Shown piece after piece: positions 8,763 through 18,325 of a stretch of DNA of 64,000 nucleotides (positions within the stretch are counted from its first letter, which is position 1; every line of letters starts with the position of its first letter). Under the pieces are notes generated by a model. It did not search any database, was not told the DNA's origin, and was given only the letters and a program-made list of their open reading frames with translations. Position numbers and translations under genes: made by a program. The DNA lies in contig CBDCWC010000003.1 of the NCBI GenBank assembly GCA_965223295.1, forward strand, positions 1,024,001 to 1,088,000, read 5' to 3'. Source of the DNA: Nitrospirales bacterium. Lineage in GTDB: Bacteria; Nitrospirota; Nitrospiria; Nitrospirales; UBA8639.

Positions 8763-9455
8763 TTATCTCGACTTCTTTCCGGTCCATTCTAATCTGAAGA
8801 TGTCAGCAAAATGTGTTGTGACTTGTTCTCGCACCTGTCCTGAATCTACTTGTTGACCAAGAATTTTCTGTATTGACGTCATAGTACAATGTTCAATGCC
8901 ACATGGGGTTAAAAGCGAAAATGGCTGGAGATCAACGTTCACATTGAGGGCAAAGCCGTGCATGGTGATGCCTTTTGTGATGCGTACGCCGATGGAGGCG
9001 ATTTTTTCTATATGATCTTCTCTGTCCTTTACCCATACACCTCGAAACTTCTCATGCCGGCATCCCTCAATTCCCCAATCCTGTAACGTTCGGATTAATA
9101 CTTCTTCTAGTTTCTGAACATAGATTTTGGGGCCAGAACAAAAGTTGTGCAATTGGAGAATGGGGTAGCCAATAACCTGACCAGGAGCATGGAACGTCAC
9201 CGAGCCGCCTCGGTTTGTCCGATGTAATCCGATTCCCTGTCTTTGCAGTTCTGTCCAATGTGGTTTCCAATGTTCGGGTTTGGTGGTTTTTCCAAGAGTG
9301 AGGATTGGTTCATGCTCTGTGAGAATTAATGTATCGAGGATGGACCCGTTGTACCGCTTTTCAACCAATGACTGTTGAAGTTGAAGACCCTCGGCAAAAG
9401 GCAGAGAAGGGATGGAAAGTATCGTGCCCTGTTGAGGCAGATTTTCTCGCATCAT
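8763..9455 (-). CDS. lipB: Octanoyltransferase LipB
   Basis: EHEPILTLGK, RGGSVTFHAPGQ, KIASIGV, HGFALNV, PCG. Confidence 0.93.
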   Translation of the reverse strand: MMRENLPQQGTILSIPSLPFAEGLQLQQSLVEKRYNGSILDTLILTEHEPILTLGKTTKPEHWKPHWTELQRQGIGLHRTNRGGSVTFHAPGQVIGYPILQLHNFCSGPKIYVQKLEEVLIRTLQDWGIEGCRHEKFRGVWVKDREDHIEKIASIGVRITKGITMHGFALNVNVDLQPFSLLTPCGIEHCTMTSIQKILGQQVDSGQVREQVTTHFADIFRLEWTGKKSR

Positions 9456-9476
9456 AGATCGAAAGAAAATAGCGAG

Positions 9477-9887
9477 TTAGTTGGAAGAAGACGAGGTCTC
9501 TGCTGTGATTTTTAAGGCCTCCAAAATCTGTGCAGGAATGCGTTTGACCTTACCCATAGAATCTACGGAAACCAGGGTCGCAGAACCTTCTACGACTAAG
9601 CGTTGGCTGGTGCGCTCTCGAATCGTATGAGAAAAGGTGATGGAGATACGGCGATCAGCCAAAACGGTCGTATCCACAATCAATGTTTCACCGTGGACGG
9701 CAGCGGAACGGTAGGTCAGTTCCGCTTTGGTCACGCGGAACTCTGTTCCCTGCTGCATAAGCTCGGTGACGGACAACCCATGTTCTTCGAGAAAGTGCGT
9801 TCGCGCCCGTTCAAAGTACTTGAGGTAATTGGCATAGTAGACGACACCTCCACAATCAGTGTCTTCATAATAAATTCGTACCTCCAT
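9477..9887 (-). CDS. ybgC: YbgC/FadM family acyl-CoA thioesterase
   Basis: RIYYEDTDCGGVVYYANYLKYFERART. Confidence 0.88.
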   Translation of the reverse strand: MEVRIYYEDTDCGGVVYYANYLKYFERARTHFLEEHGLSVTELMQQGTEFRVTKAELTYRSAAVHGETLIVDTTVLADRRISITFSHTIRERTSQRLVVEGSATLVSVDSMGKVKRIPAQILEALKITAETSSSSN

Positions 9888-9905
9888 GTAAGGGTATCGA
9901 CGACT

Positions 9906-11189
9906 TTAGATTTTTAATGTGGGAAAGGCTGGAAGGTCTGCCATAACAGTTCCCGTCATCTTCATGGTCAGCTCGAAGAATTGGTGGAATCGTTCAGGCT
10001 TAAGCGATTCAAACCCAAAACCCAATACTGCATGATCGGCCGCATCAAACAAGGACTTCATTTTTGGCCATTCGTTCACAAAACGTTGGCCCAAAGGATC
10101 ATCCAGTCCGGCCAAAGCTTGAAATTGAGCCAGGGGTGGCAGACGATATTTCCCATCAATGTCGTTGAGGTAACAGGTGCGACAAGTTTCTTGCAGGTCT
10201 TTGGGAAGTTTCTCGAGGTTGATATCCCAACTTTTTAATTGATGGTGTTCAAACAATTGATATTGTGCCGCAGCTTCAAGCGCGCGTCGAAGTACTCGGG
10301 TAGCGACTTCTATCTCACGGCTTCTCTCGCTCCGGCGTTTTGCCCATGCCAAGAGATCGCGCATGAGAGAAGGTTTGATTTCCTTGGCATCCAGGACGAT
10401 AGATTCGAGAAATCGCATATTCTCTTTGAGAGACTTGATCATGCGGTCCATACCAGGCGGCCCGCCCCATACGGAAGCCAGTTCCAAAGCCTTGATCCCG
10501 TTTTTCAGTTTTTCCCAGGCCTGACGATAGAGAAATTGCTCCCAAAAACCATAACCTTTGGCGATATCTGCCAGGGCGCGATAGAACGGTTTTGAGCCTC
10601 CACTTACACGATGCTCCAATGTCTGAAAGGTTCGTGCAGCAGCTTCATGCCATCCGTGATTGAACAACTCGCAGGCTTCTTGGCGAATTCTGAGTGCCTC
10701 GGCATCCCATGGGTTTTCTGAGCCGGATGAATCAGAAGAGGGAGCGGATCCGTCTTCTTGATTTGGCGATGTGGTATCCAAGAAGATCTGAGTAGAGAAG
10801 GGAAACCCTCCCAAGGTCATGGCGGAAGCCATAGCGACAGAAGCGCCCGTTAAATCAATGGTCAGATCCCCTGCTGAAATCTCCCATGTGTTTAACAGAG
10901 GAGGCAAACCCTCTGTTACGGCTTTGTGGCATGCGGCAAAACTCTTATCATCAGGTGTCAAAATCCAATCCCAGCGTTTCGGCATGCGAGAAAGGGCTGG
11001 ATGCACATCAGTTTCAACTACGTGCTTGGATGAGTCGTGCAGAAAAAAGCACACCATCTCAGGGCTGAGCCGCTGTAGAATGGTGACGGCGGGTGCCGGA
11101 TCGGTTTGAACGGCCAAGAGGAGTGCTTTTGTTGGTAGAGAGGCACTCACAATGCATCTGACTATATCATTGGTTGAAGAAGGCAGCAA
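9906..11189 (-). CDS. TIGR02710-like CARF/HEPN protein, orphan and degenerate
   Basis: IDLTGASVAMAS (cf. DxTGGTKxMS), NPW..ELFN, DLLAWAKRR..RALEAAAQ, ADHAVLGFG (cf. RNxSxLAHG); family recognised from memory. Confidence 0.7.
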   Translation of the reverse strand: MLPSSTNDIVRCIVSASLPTKALLLAVQTDPAPAVTILQRLSPEMVCFFLHDSSKHVVETDVHPALSRMPKRWDWILTPDDKSFAACHKAVTEGLPPLLNTWEISAGDLTIDLTGASVAMASAMTLGGFPFSTQIFLDTTSPNQEDGSAPSSDSSGSENPWDAEALRIRQEACELFNHGWHEAAARTFQTLEHRVSGGSKPFYRALADIAKGYGFWEQFLYRQAWEKLKNGIKALELASVWGGPPGMDRMIKSLKENMRFLESIVLDAKEIKPSLMRDLLAWAKRRSERSREIEVATRVLRRALEAAAQYQLFEHHQLKSWDINLEKLPKDLQETCRTCYLNDIDGKYRLPPLAQFQALAGLDDPLGQRFVNEWPKMKSLFDAADHAVLGFGFESLKPERFHQFFELTMKMTGTVMADLPAFPTLKI

Positions 11190-11276
11190 GGAATGTGACT
11201 CTGAATCTACTGTTCCCTTCGTTCCGTGCCCTGTGCATGTGAAATTTGCCTGCTATCCTGCTACACTCCCAGCATT

Positions 11277-11858
11277 ATGGAAATTGAGGACGTGATTGAA
11301 GCATTTGAAACAAGTGCCGATGTGAAAAATGCGTTTATTCGTACACATGCTGAACGCGTTGTCGAAGTTGGACAATTGCTGATTCGGGCCTTCCGCGATG
11401 GTAAAAAAGCCATGCTGTTTGGGAATGGAGGCAGTGCGACGGACGCTTCCCATATTGCAGCAGAGTTTGTGGGCCGGTATCGTCGAGATCGTGAACCGTT
11501 GCCTGCCCTGGCTTTGTGTACCGACACGGCGGTCTTAACCTGTGTCGCTAACGATTACGATTTTTCTGATATTTTCTCCCGCCAAATCCAGGCCCATGCT
11601 CGAAAAGGTGATGTGGCGATAGCAATCAGCACCAGCGGGAACTCCTTGAATGTCATCCGAGGGGCGGAAACTGCTCATGAACGTGGAATGACGGTCGTGG
11701 GATGGACAGGCGCGGGCGGGGGAAAACTGGCTGATGTGGTGGACTATTGCTTTACGGTGCCTTCTTCCGTCACGGCACGCATTCAGGAATGTCATATCAC
11801 CCTCGGCCATGTGTTGTGCGAATTCATTGAAGAGCGACTCTTTGGCGACCAAGACTAA
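11277..11858 (+). CDS. gmhA: D-sedoheptulose 7-phosphate isomerase
   Basis: FGNGGSATDASHIAAEFVGR, ANDYDF, STSGNS, TARIQECH. Confidence 0.93.
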   Translation: MEIEDVIEAFETSADVKNAFIRTHAERVVEVGQLLIRAFRDGKKAMLFGNGGSATDASHIAAEFVGRYRRDREPLPALALCTDTAVLTCVANDYDFSDIFSRQIQAHARKGDVAIAISTSGNSLNVIRGAETAHERGMTVVGWTGAGGGKLADVVDYCFTVPSSVTARIQECHITLGHVLCEFIEERLFGDQD

Positions 11859-12822
11859 ATCATCATCCTCTCCCATCGGGCCCAAGCTAAATTTGGCTCG
11901 GCTGCGTACGTATCCCCTCCAGACTCGACATTCCAAAGTGAATATGAAAGATGGTGCCACTCCATGGCGTCGTGGGGGTGCATTTCAGAAATTTCTTCAA
12001 ACTCTTCCCAATATTTTAGCAGGACAAACGTTCAACGCCGTGGTGTCCGCAATAGTCACGGCCCGGCAGCGAGGGAAACCTGTGATCTTGGGAATGGGAG
12101 CGCACGCCACAAAAGTTGGGCTGAATCCTATTCTTGTTGACTTAATGCGTAAAGAAGTGATCACCGCAGTGGCAGTGAACGGAGCGGTCATCATTCATGA
12201 TTTTGAATTAGCCTATCAAGGACACACATCAGAAGAAGTCGAAACGGAAATTGACACCGGACGATTTGGCATGGCGGAGGATACCGGACGTATTCTAAAC
12301 GAAGCCATTGTCAATGGGTGGCAAAAGGGGTTGGGCTTAGGAGAATCGGTGGGGCGTTACATGATATCGCATCCCAGGCAATTTCCCCATCGGCGTTCAA
12401 GTGTGCTCGCGACCGGTGCACGATTGAGCATTCCAGTCACCGTTCATGTGGCTATTGGAACGGATATTATTCATATGCATCCCAATGCCAATGGCGAAGC
12501 GATTGGTGGTGGGTCATTGGCAGATTTTCGTAAGTTGGCGGCATTGGTCTCAAAGATGGAAAATGGCGTCTATATTAACCTAGGTTCCGCAGTTCTTCTC
12601 CCTGAAGTTTTTTTGAAAACGGTAACCTTGGGGAGGAATTTAGGGCGTGCGCTCAACCGCATTACCACCGTCAATATGGATTTTCTTCCGCATTATCGCC
12701 CTATGACTAATGTCGTCAAACGGCCAACTCAAAAAGGCGGAAAAGGGTTTAATTTGGTCGGACATCATGAAATAATGGTTCCCCTGTTGGCTGCGGCAGT
12801 ATTAGAAGGACTGAAACACTGA
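11842..12822 (+). CDS. Deoxyhypusine synthase-like (GSU2086-like) protein
   Basis: GMGAHATKVGL, IHDFELA, IGTDIIHMHP, GSAVLLPEVFLK, GHHEIM; probable TTG start overlapping gmhA. Confidence 0.7.
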   Translation: MATKTKSSSSPIGPKLNLARLRTYPLQTRHSKVNMKDGATPWRRGGAFQKFLQTLPNILAGQTFNAVVSAIVTARQRGKPVILGMGAHATKVGLNPILVDLMRKEVITAVAVNGAVIIHDFELAYQGHTSEEVETEIDTGRFGMAEDTGRILNEAIVNGWQKGLGLGESVGRYMISHPRQFPHRRSSVLATGARLSIPVTVHVAIGTDIIHMHPNANGEAIGGGSLADFRKLAALVSKMENGVYINLGSAVLLPEVFLKTVTLGRNLGRALNRITTVNMDFLPHYRPMTNVVKRPTQKGGKGFNLVGHHEIMVPLLAAAVLEGLKH

Positions 12823-12886
12823 AAATATCCTAACCATTCAGATGTCTTTATCGATTTGTCATGAGCCGCATGTGGCTTTTTAGAGG

Positions 12887-14302
12887 ATGCTTATGAAAAA
12901 GAAAATCCTGATTGTCGATGATCATCCCGACATTGTGCTGATGCTTGCTGATCGCCTGGAGGCCCTGAATTACGAAACAATCAAGGCTGGAAACGGGAAG
13001 GAAGCCTTAGACAAACTTGATCAGCATTCCCCTCATCTTATGATGTTGGACTTGGAAATGCCTAAAATGACCGGGATGGAAGTGTTACATGAGTTGAAGA
13101 AAATGAGTGCAAAAAAAAATGACAAGGAGGAGTCAAAGATATTTGGCGGAGAGGCGTTGTCTCTGCCCGTAGTGGTCATGACCGCCCACGGGACGATATC
13201 TAAAGCGGTCGAAGCCATGCAAGCTGGTGCCTATGATTTTCTGACCAAACCAATTGAATTAGATCATTTGTCCCTGGTCCTGAAGAAAGTGCTGGCCCGG
13301 GAAGCCCTGAGCCGACAGGTGGCGTCGCTAAGGACAGAAGTAGAAAGTCGGTATAGCCGAATTGTGGGTGAGAGTCCACAAGTCAGATCCACGGTGGAAT
13401 TGGCTAAACGTGCTTCTGAGACTGATGCCACAGTGTTGCTTCTGGGAGAAAGTGGAACGGGGAAAGAACTCTTTGCCAGGTCAATTCACCAATGGAGTGA
13501 CCGAAGAGAAATGCCGTTTAGCATCGTCAATTGTGTGGCCCTTACCGAAACCCTGCTTGAGAATGAATTGTTCGGTCATGAAAAAGGAGCTTTCACAGGC
13601 GCGGACAGCATGCAAAAAGGCAAGATGGAAGCGGCTGATGGAGGCACCGTCTTTTTGGATGAAATTGGAGATATGCCGCTGGGTCTCCAAGCGAAACTAT
13701 TGCGCGTATTGCAAGATCATGAATTCCCCAGGGTGGGAGGCACCCGCTTAGTGCGGGTCAATATTCGTGTTATAGCGGCCACGAATAAAGACTTAAAGCA
13801 AGCTGTCAAATCCGGAACATTCCGGGAAGATCTCTTTTTCCGGCTGAATGTAGTGAGTCTATCTTTGCCGCCGCTGAGAGATCGCCCTGAAGATATCATT
13901 CCTCTAGCCGAATATTTCCTGGACCGCCATGTCCGAGAAATGAAACGCCAAAAACGGAAATTTTCTAAAGCGGCCATTGATGCCATGCGTTGTAGTCTAT
14001 GGCAGGGGAACATTCGAGAACTTGATAATGCGATTGCGCGAGCCGTTGTTCTGGGGGTGGAAGAAGAAATCTCTCCTGAACTACTCGGACTTGGAAGTGG
14101 CCAAAGGGATGAGATGGAAAATCTTGACAATCTGCCCTATCATGAAGCACTCGATCTTTTTAGCAAACATATCTTGGAACGAGCCATGCGGCGAAGCAAC
14201 TGGAGTCAGACCAAAGCGGCCGAGTTGCTAGGGTTGCAGCGAACCTATCTTTCTCGCATTGTCAAACAAAAAAACATCCAACAAAGCACCGACGTAACGT
14301 GA
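12887..14302 (+). CDS. Sigma54-dependent response regulator (NtrC family bEBP)
   Basis: REC domain, GESGTGKE, GAFTGA, FLDEIG, FREDLFFRL, C-terminal Fis-type HTH. Confidence 0.95.
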   Translation: MLMKKKILIVDDHPDIVLMLADRLEALNYETIKAGNGKEALDKLDQHSPHLMMLDLEMPKMTGMEVLHELKKMSAKKNDKEESKIFGGEALSLPVVVMTAHGTISKAVEAMQAGAYDFLTKPIELDHLSLVLKKVLAREALSRQVASLRTEVESRYSRIVGESPQVRSTVELAKRASETDATVLLLGESGTGKELFARSIHQWSDRREMPFSIVNCVALTETLLENELFGHEKGAFTGADSMQKGKMEAADGGTVFLDEIGDMPLGLQAKLLRVLQDHEFPRVGGTRLVRVNIRVIAATNKDLKQAVKSGTFREDLFFRLNVVSLSLPPLRDRPEDIIPLAEYFLDRHVREMKRQKRKFSKAAIDAMRCSLWQGNIRELDNAIARAVVLGVEEEISPELLGLGSGQRDEMENLDNLPYHEALDLFSKHILERAMRRSNWSQTKAAELLGLQRTYLSRIVKQKNIQQSTDVT

Positions 14303-14430
14303 ATGATGAGCCGGATTTCAAGGGAGACTAATCTTGGGATGGCTATTGTGATGAATCAATCTAAAGCCTTTTAGTTCGTGAGTTTTTCTCTAAAGTATTA
14401 GATCATTTCCTTAGCCCATAAATCCTCGTA

Positions 14431-16479
14431 CTAAAATTTAAGAGTTATCCAACCCAGTACTCGGCTTTTGACTGTCTCGCCCAAGGGGTGTTCCTTGTGC
14501 CGATCATTTAGTGCGTTAAAGACAGAGACGACGGCCTCGGCATGTCTCCGATGTCCATCTGGGGCTCGTTCTTCCCAAAAACGATAGGCACAGCGTACGT
14601 TCAGTAGGGTGTAACTTCCAACACGAGAGTTTGGTTCAGGCTCACCCGTGAGGGGTGAGAACGATCGAAAGGCGGAAGAAATTGGAAACGTCGTGGGACC
14701 TACATAGTGCAGCAATGCTTCTCCATTCAGGCCATTCTCCATATCAATTCGCATCCCTCCGCTCACCTTGGATTGGGCTCCAGTACGTCGACTTAGATCT
14801 TTAAATCTTTGATCGAAATCCTGGTAGGAATAATTGGCAAAACCACTCAACCAAGGGGTGAATAGAATCTCAATCCCAGCCTCTCCGCCATAAATGTCTC
14901 CCTGGCCCCCATTACTCGGGGCAGTGGAGTTACCAGCAGATATGGTATTAAACTGGATCAGGTCTTTAAGATGATTGTAAAACAGATCCACGCGGAGCCG
15001 TAGGCGGTGTTTCAGGAACCAGCCCTGATACCCCAGCTCATAGGAAACGATTTTTTCTGGGTCTAAGTTTTTTGACCCCCTGGTCTGAGTCACAGTGGGG
15101 CCAAAAGGGGGGGACAGATTCACCTGCGTCATGACGGCCAAATTATGTTCAAAGGCTGTGGGCGGCCGATAGCCCACAGAAACCGCGGTGCGAAAGGTGT
15201 GGTTTGGGATCGGCTCATACACCAGGGACACTCTGGGGCTGTAGGTGGGATTGATAAAGGTGTCCATATCAAATCGGAATCCTGCTATAGCAGTGAGGGT
15301 TTCAATGCCCGTCCATTCACCTTGCACGTACAATCCAAGACGATCTTCGTGAGTCGTTTTGGAAAGGAAATTGGATGATGTGCGATTGTGTCGGTAGTTC
15401 CCACCGTAGATCAGTCGAGAGGCGCTTCCGAATTCGAGCAAGTGCTGACCTAGCACATCGTAGGAGTCGTGCAGAAAATTATTGGTCGTCTTACCATCTG
15501 TATCAGAAGGCTGTAAGATACTGGCTAGGGTCAGATGCGGAATTGTTTGGGTGTTCGTGTCTGTTCTGTTCCAATAGGTACGGAGAAGTAGGTGTGGGTC
15601 TGCATACTCCAATAGTGCATACGGCTGGAAGAGATCTCCAGCGCTTCTCCCAGTGCTGTTAAGCGGTGCGTTGGAATCGTCTGCGTCCACGACTCCGCCG
15701 GCCAACCGTAGCTTGGCTTGAGCCGGCAAACGGTATTCGGTCTGAACATTGACCTTATAGGCTTGCAACGCCGTCTTGTCTCGATCGTCCCAGTCGTTGG
15801 TCTGATCGTAGCTAGTCGATAACCGATAACTGAAGTTGCCGCGCCGGCCTCCATAGATGGCAGAGCTACTGATAGTGTCAAGTTCTCCACCGGCAACCTG
15901 GATGGTGCTGCCCTTCATTTCATCCGGAGACTTTGTAATTATGTTGATGACTCCATCAAAGGCATTGAACCCGTGAGTGGCTCCGGCTGGGCTTTTGAGC
16001 ACTTCGATTCGCTTGATCTCGAGTAAGGTCACGGGAATTAATTTCCAGGACACGTTGCCTTGTGCATCGACGCCGATCGAGCGGCCATCGACTTGCACCA
16101 GGAGCTTGTTGGCTCCTATCTGATTATTGCCCCGTATGCTGACATTGAAGTCGGCTCCAGTGGTTTGCATCACCTCCATCCCCGGGATACTGCGAAGAAG
16201 CGTCGGAACGTCAATCGCGCCTGAGTGGCGAATGTCTTCTTCTGTGATGACATAAACATTGGATGGGGCTTGGGAAATAGGTTGTTCGTGAAGCGCGGCG
16301 ATGCTGACCGTTTCTTCTTTGAGGAAATCTAAATCTTCTTGGATAAACGCCATATCCACGGCTGCCGGAATCTTTTGGCCTCGGGTTTCTTGAGCCCCAT
16401 GTAGGATGGGAGCGAAGTAAAGACAGAATATGCTGGCTATAAGACTCAGGCAGAAGAATTGAGCAAAATGATGATTCAT
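14431..16479 (-). CDS. TonB-dependent receptor
   Basis: Signal peptide, plug domain (APSNVYVITEEDI, LVQVDGRS, RIEVLK, GVINIITK), C-terminal Phe. Confidence 0.9.
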   Translation of the reverse strand: MNHHFAQFFCLSLIASIFCLYFAPILHGAQETRGQKIPAAVDMAFIQEDLDFLKEETVSIAALHEQPISQAPSNVYVITEEDIRHSGAIDVPTLLRSIPGMEVMQTTGADFNVSIRGNNQIGANKLLVQVDGRSIGVDAQGNVSWKLIPVTLLEIKRIEVLKSPAGATHGFNAFDGVINIITKSPDEMKGSTIQVAGGELDTISSSAIYGGRRGNFSYRLSTSYDQTNDWDDRDKTALQAYKVNVQTEYRLPAQAKLRLAGGVVDADDSNAPLNSTGRSAGDLFQPYALLEYADPHLLLRTYWNRTDTNTQTIPHLTLASILQPSDTDGKTTNNFLHDSYDVLGQHLLEFGSASRLIYGGNYRHNRTSSNFLSKTTHEDRLGLYVQGEWTGIETLTAIAGFRFDMDTFINPTYSPRVSLVYEPIPNHTFRTAVSVGYRPPTAFEHNLAVMTQVNLSPPFGPTVTQTRGSKNLDPEKIVSYELGYQGWFLKHRLRLRVDLFYNHLKDLIQFNTISAGNSTAPSNGGQGDIYGGEAGIEILFTPWLSGFANYSYQDFDQRFKDLSRRTGAQSKVSGGMRIDMENGLNGEALLHYVGPTTFPISSAFRSFSPLTGEPEPNSRVGSYTLLNVRCAYRFWEERAPDGHRRHAEAVVSVFNALNDRHKEHPLGETVKSRVLGWITLKF

Positions 16480-17062
16480 TTAGATAAGAAGTTTTTGCGA
16501 GTTTTCACCTACCTCCCCAACATCTAGCCTTTTGCCTAATGCGTCCGAAGGTAGCGAACGTTGCTTATAAGGGACGGGATAATTCCATTCTTGGAATCCA
16601 CACCCTTCTGTTCGAAGTACAGGACAGGCTAACGCTGGTCAACTGGGCTATCTACGGATTTAGACAACCTGCTGGGTAAGGTTCGTGACTGCCGGGAAGT
16701 GTGGTAAAGAGAGAGGGTGGAAGGAAAGGGCTGGGATAGCTGTCTTTAGAAAATTAATCTAGACTCATGATTACGTATAAATTTTCCCCATTGCCTTCTA
16801 GCCTCGCTTCTTTTCAGACTGCTCGGTAAGACGGTCTTTTCACGTAGACCTCAGTGTCAATTTTTAACGGTACTCGGTTCCGGCTCCTCAATTTCGTCTT
16901 TGTTCCGTCAATTGCACCCCCTTCATCATGTTTACTTTGGACGACTATGAGAACAGAAAAATTTTCTTTCAACAGTTTCTGCAACGCCCCTGCTCCTTTG
17001 ACTTGGCTCTGTTGTGTTGAATACCGAGATTGGCCGCATTGTAGAACTTTCTTTTTGCTCCT

Positions 17063-18013
17063 TCAATCGTTTTCTGGCTTTTTTTGTGAGCGAAGGATAG
17101 GATTCGATTCCAGCTCTGGCGGCGTGTCCGTTGTTTGCTTCGATGGCTTGGTAATTGCCAATGTAAATTCTTTTCCCTGAAAATTGAAAAGATACACTGA
17201 GACGGTAATCGGTATTTCCTGTCCCTGTTTGGTGCGGTGCGTGGTGTAGTAGGACAAGGTTTTTCCTTCCCGCAATTCTTTGAGATGTTCTTGGTAGCGT
17301 TGATGATCATGATATGGAGCGATATCTGGAATATGCAGATTTCCGAGCTCTTCTTTCGTATAGCCAAGTGATTGGAGGGCCGCTTGGTTGGCAAAGCGCA
17401 ATCGTTTGTTGGTGTCGGCCACGAGGATCGCTTCAGGTATGTGGTCGAATGCAAATTGCATGAGCTGCACGTTTTGGGTTAATCGCTGATATTCCTCTAG
17501 AGTGAACGGATTATCGCGGTGGGTCTTTTTCCCTCCCCTGGCCGGACTGAGTTGGAGAATGGAGGGGAAAGGTCCTGCTACCGGCTTAGAAGGCAGTCTC
17601 TGTTCTGAAAATCCAGCTTGAGCGTCTTTGGCTGATTCCCTCGGGCGGATGACTGATCGATACAGGACTTCTTTCACTTCTTCTCGACTATAGGGCTTGG
17701 TCAAATACGCAAAGGCTTTATTGAGCTTGTCGGAGGGTGTTGTTTTCCGTAGCGACGTAAATGCGGTGAGTAACACAATAGAGAGTTGCGGCTTGTGTTC
17801 GGCCAGTTCTCCCAGCACCTCAATGCCATCTCGATCCGGAAGGCCAACATCCAAGAGGACCACATCATAGGATTGCGTGGTACCCTTCTCGATAGCCGCG
17901 TTGCCAGTTTCTACGACATCAACTTCAAACCCTTCATTGCGCAAATAATCGGCCAAGGCTAAGCCAATATCCGGATCGTCATCCACGAGCAATACTCGAG
18001 GATTGGAAGGCAT
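17063..18013 (-). CDS. Response regulator with REC and PAS domains, no output domain
   Basis: VLLVDDD, LLDVGLPD, YLTKP, then PAS (FDHIPEAILVAD..FANQAA..LGYTKEEL); start may extend to 18058. Confidence 0.85.
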   Translation of the reverse strand: MPSNPRVLLVDDDPDIGLALADYLRNEGFEVDVVETGNAAIEKGTTQSYDVVLLDVGLPDRDGIEVLGELAEHKPQLSIVLLTAFTSLRKTTPSDKLNKAFAYLTKPYSREEVKEVLYRSVIRPRESAKDAQAGFSEQRLPSKPVAGPFPSILQLSPARGGKKTHRDNPFTLEEYQRLTQNVQLMQFAFDHIPEAILVADTNKRLRFANQAALQSLGYTKEELGNLHIPDIAPYHDHQRYQEHLKELREGKTLSYYTTHRTKQGQEIPITVSVYLFNFQGKEFTLAITKPSKQTTDTPPELESNPILRSQKKPEND

Positions 18014-18209
18014 AAGCTCTATTCTTTCTTTTCTATTTCTTGGCCCGCGATGGCCCACTCAACTTTATTCACAATGACTCATTTTAAGCCAAAAGCAGAG
18101 AGACCTTTCAGGAGGCTATACCCCCTTCTGATGGGAACCATGTAATTTCTAGGCTTCCCTAACTTGTTGTTTTAGCAAGCATGTAGGTTTTAGGAGGCAC
18201 GGATTGGTG

Positions 18210-18244
18210 TATCTGATTAGATAATTTATTTATCTAAATAGATA
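18210..18244. promoter_or_regulatory. Paired palindrome TATCT-N4-AGATA x2
   Basis: TATCTGATTAGATA (18210) and TATCTAAATAGATA (18231), 21 bp apart. Confidence 0.7.
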
Positions 18245-18325
18245 CGATTTGGGGGGCAGGGTGGCTACCTCTGTTTCAAGAGAGCTTACCCACAGGAGAG
18301 GTAGTATGGCTATTTGTGTTGTTAC

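Noticed and set aside
18060-18200. Sigma54 promoter for the REC-PAS gene
   Set aside because: The best match reads GG-N10-GT with poor flanks; not called.
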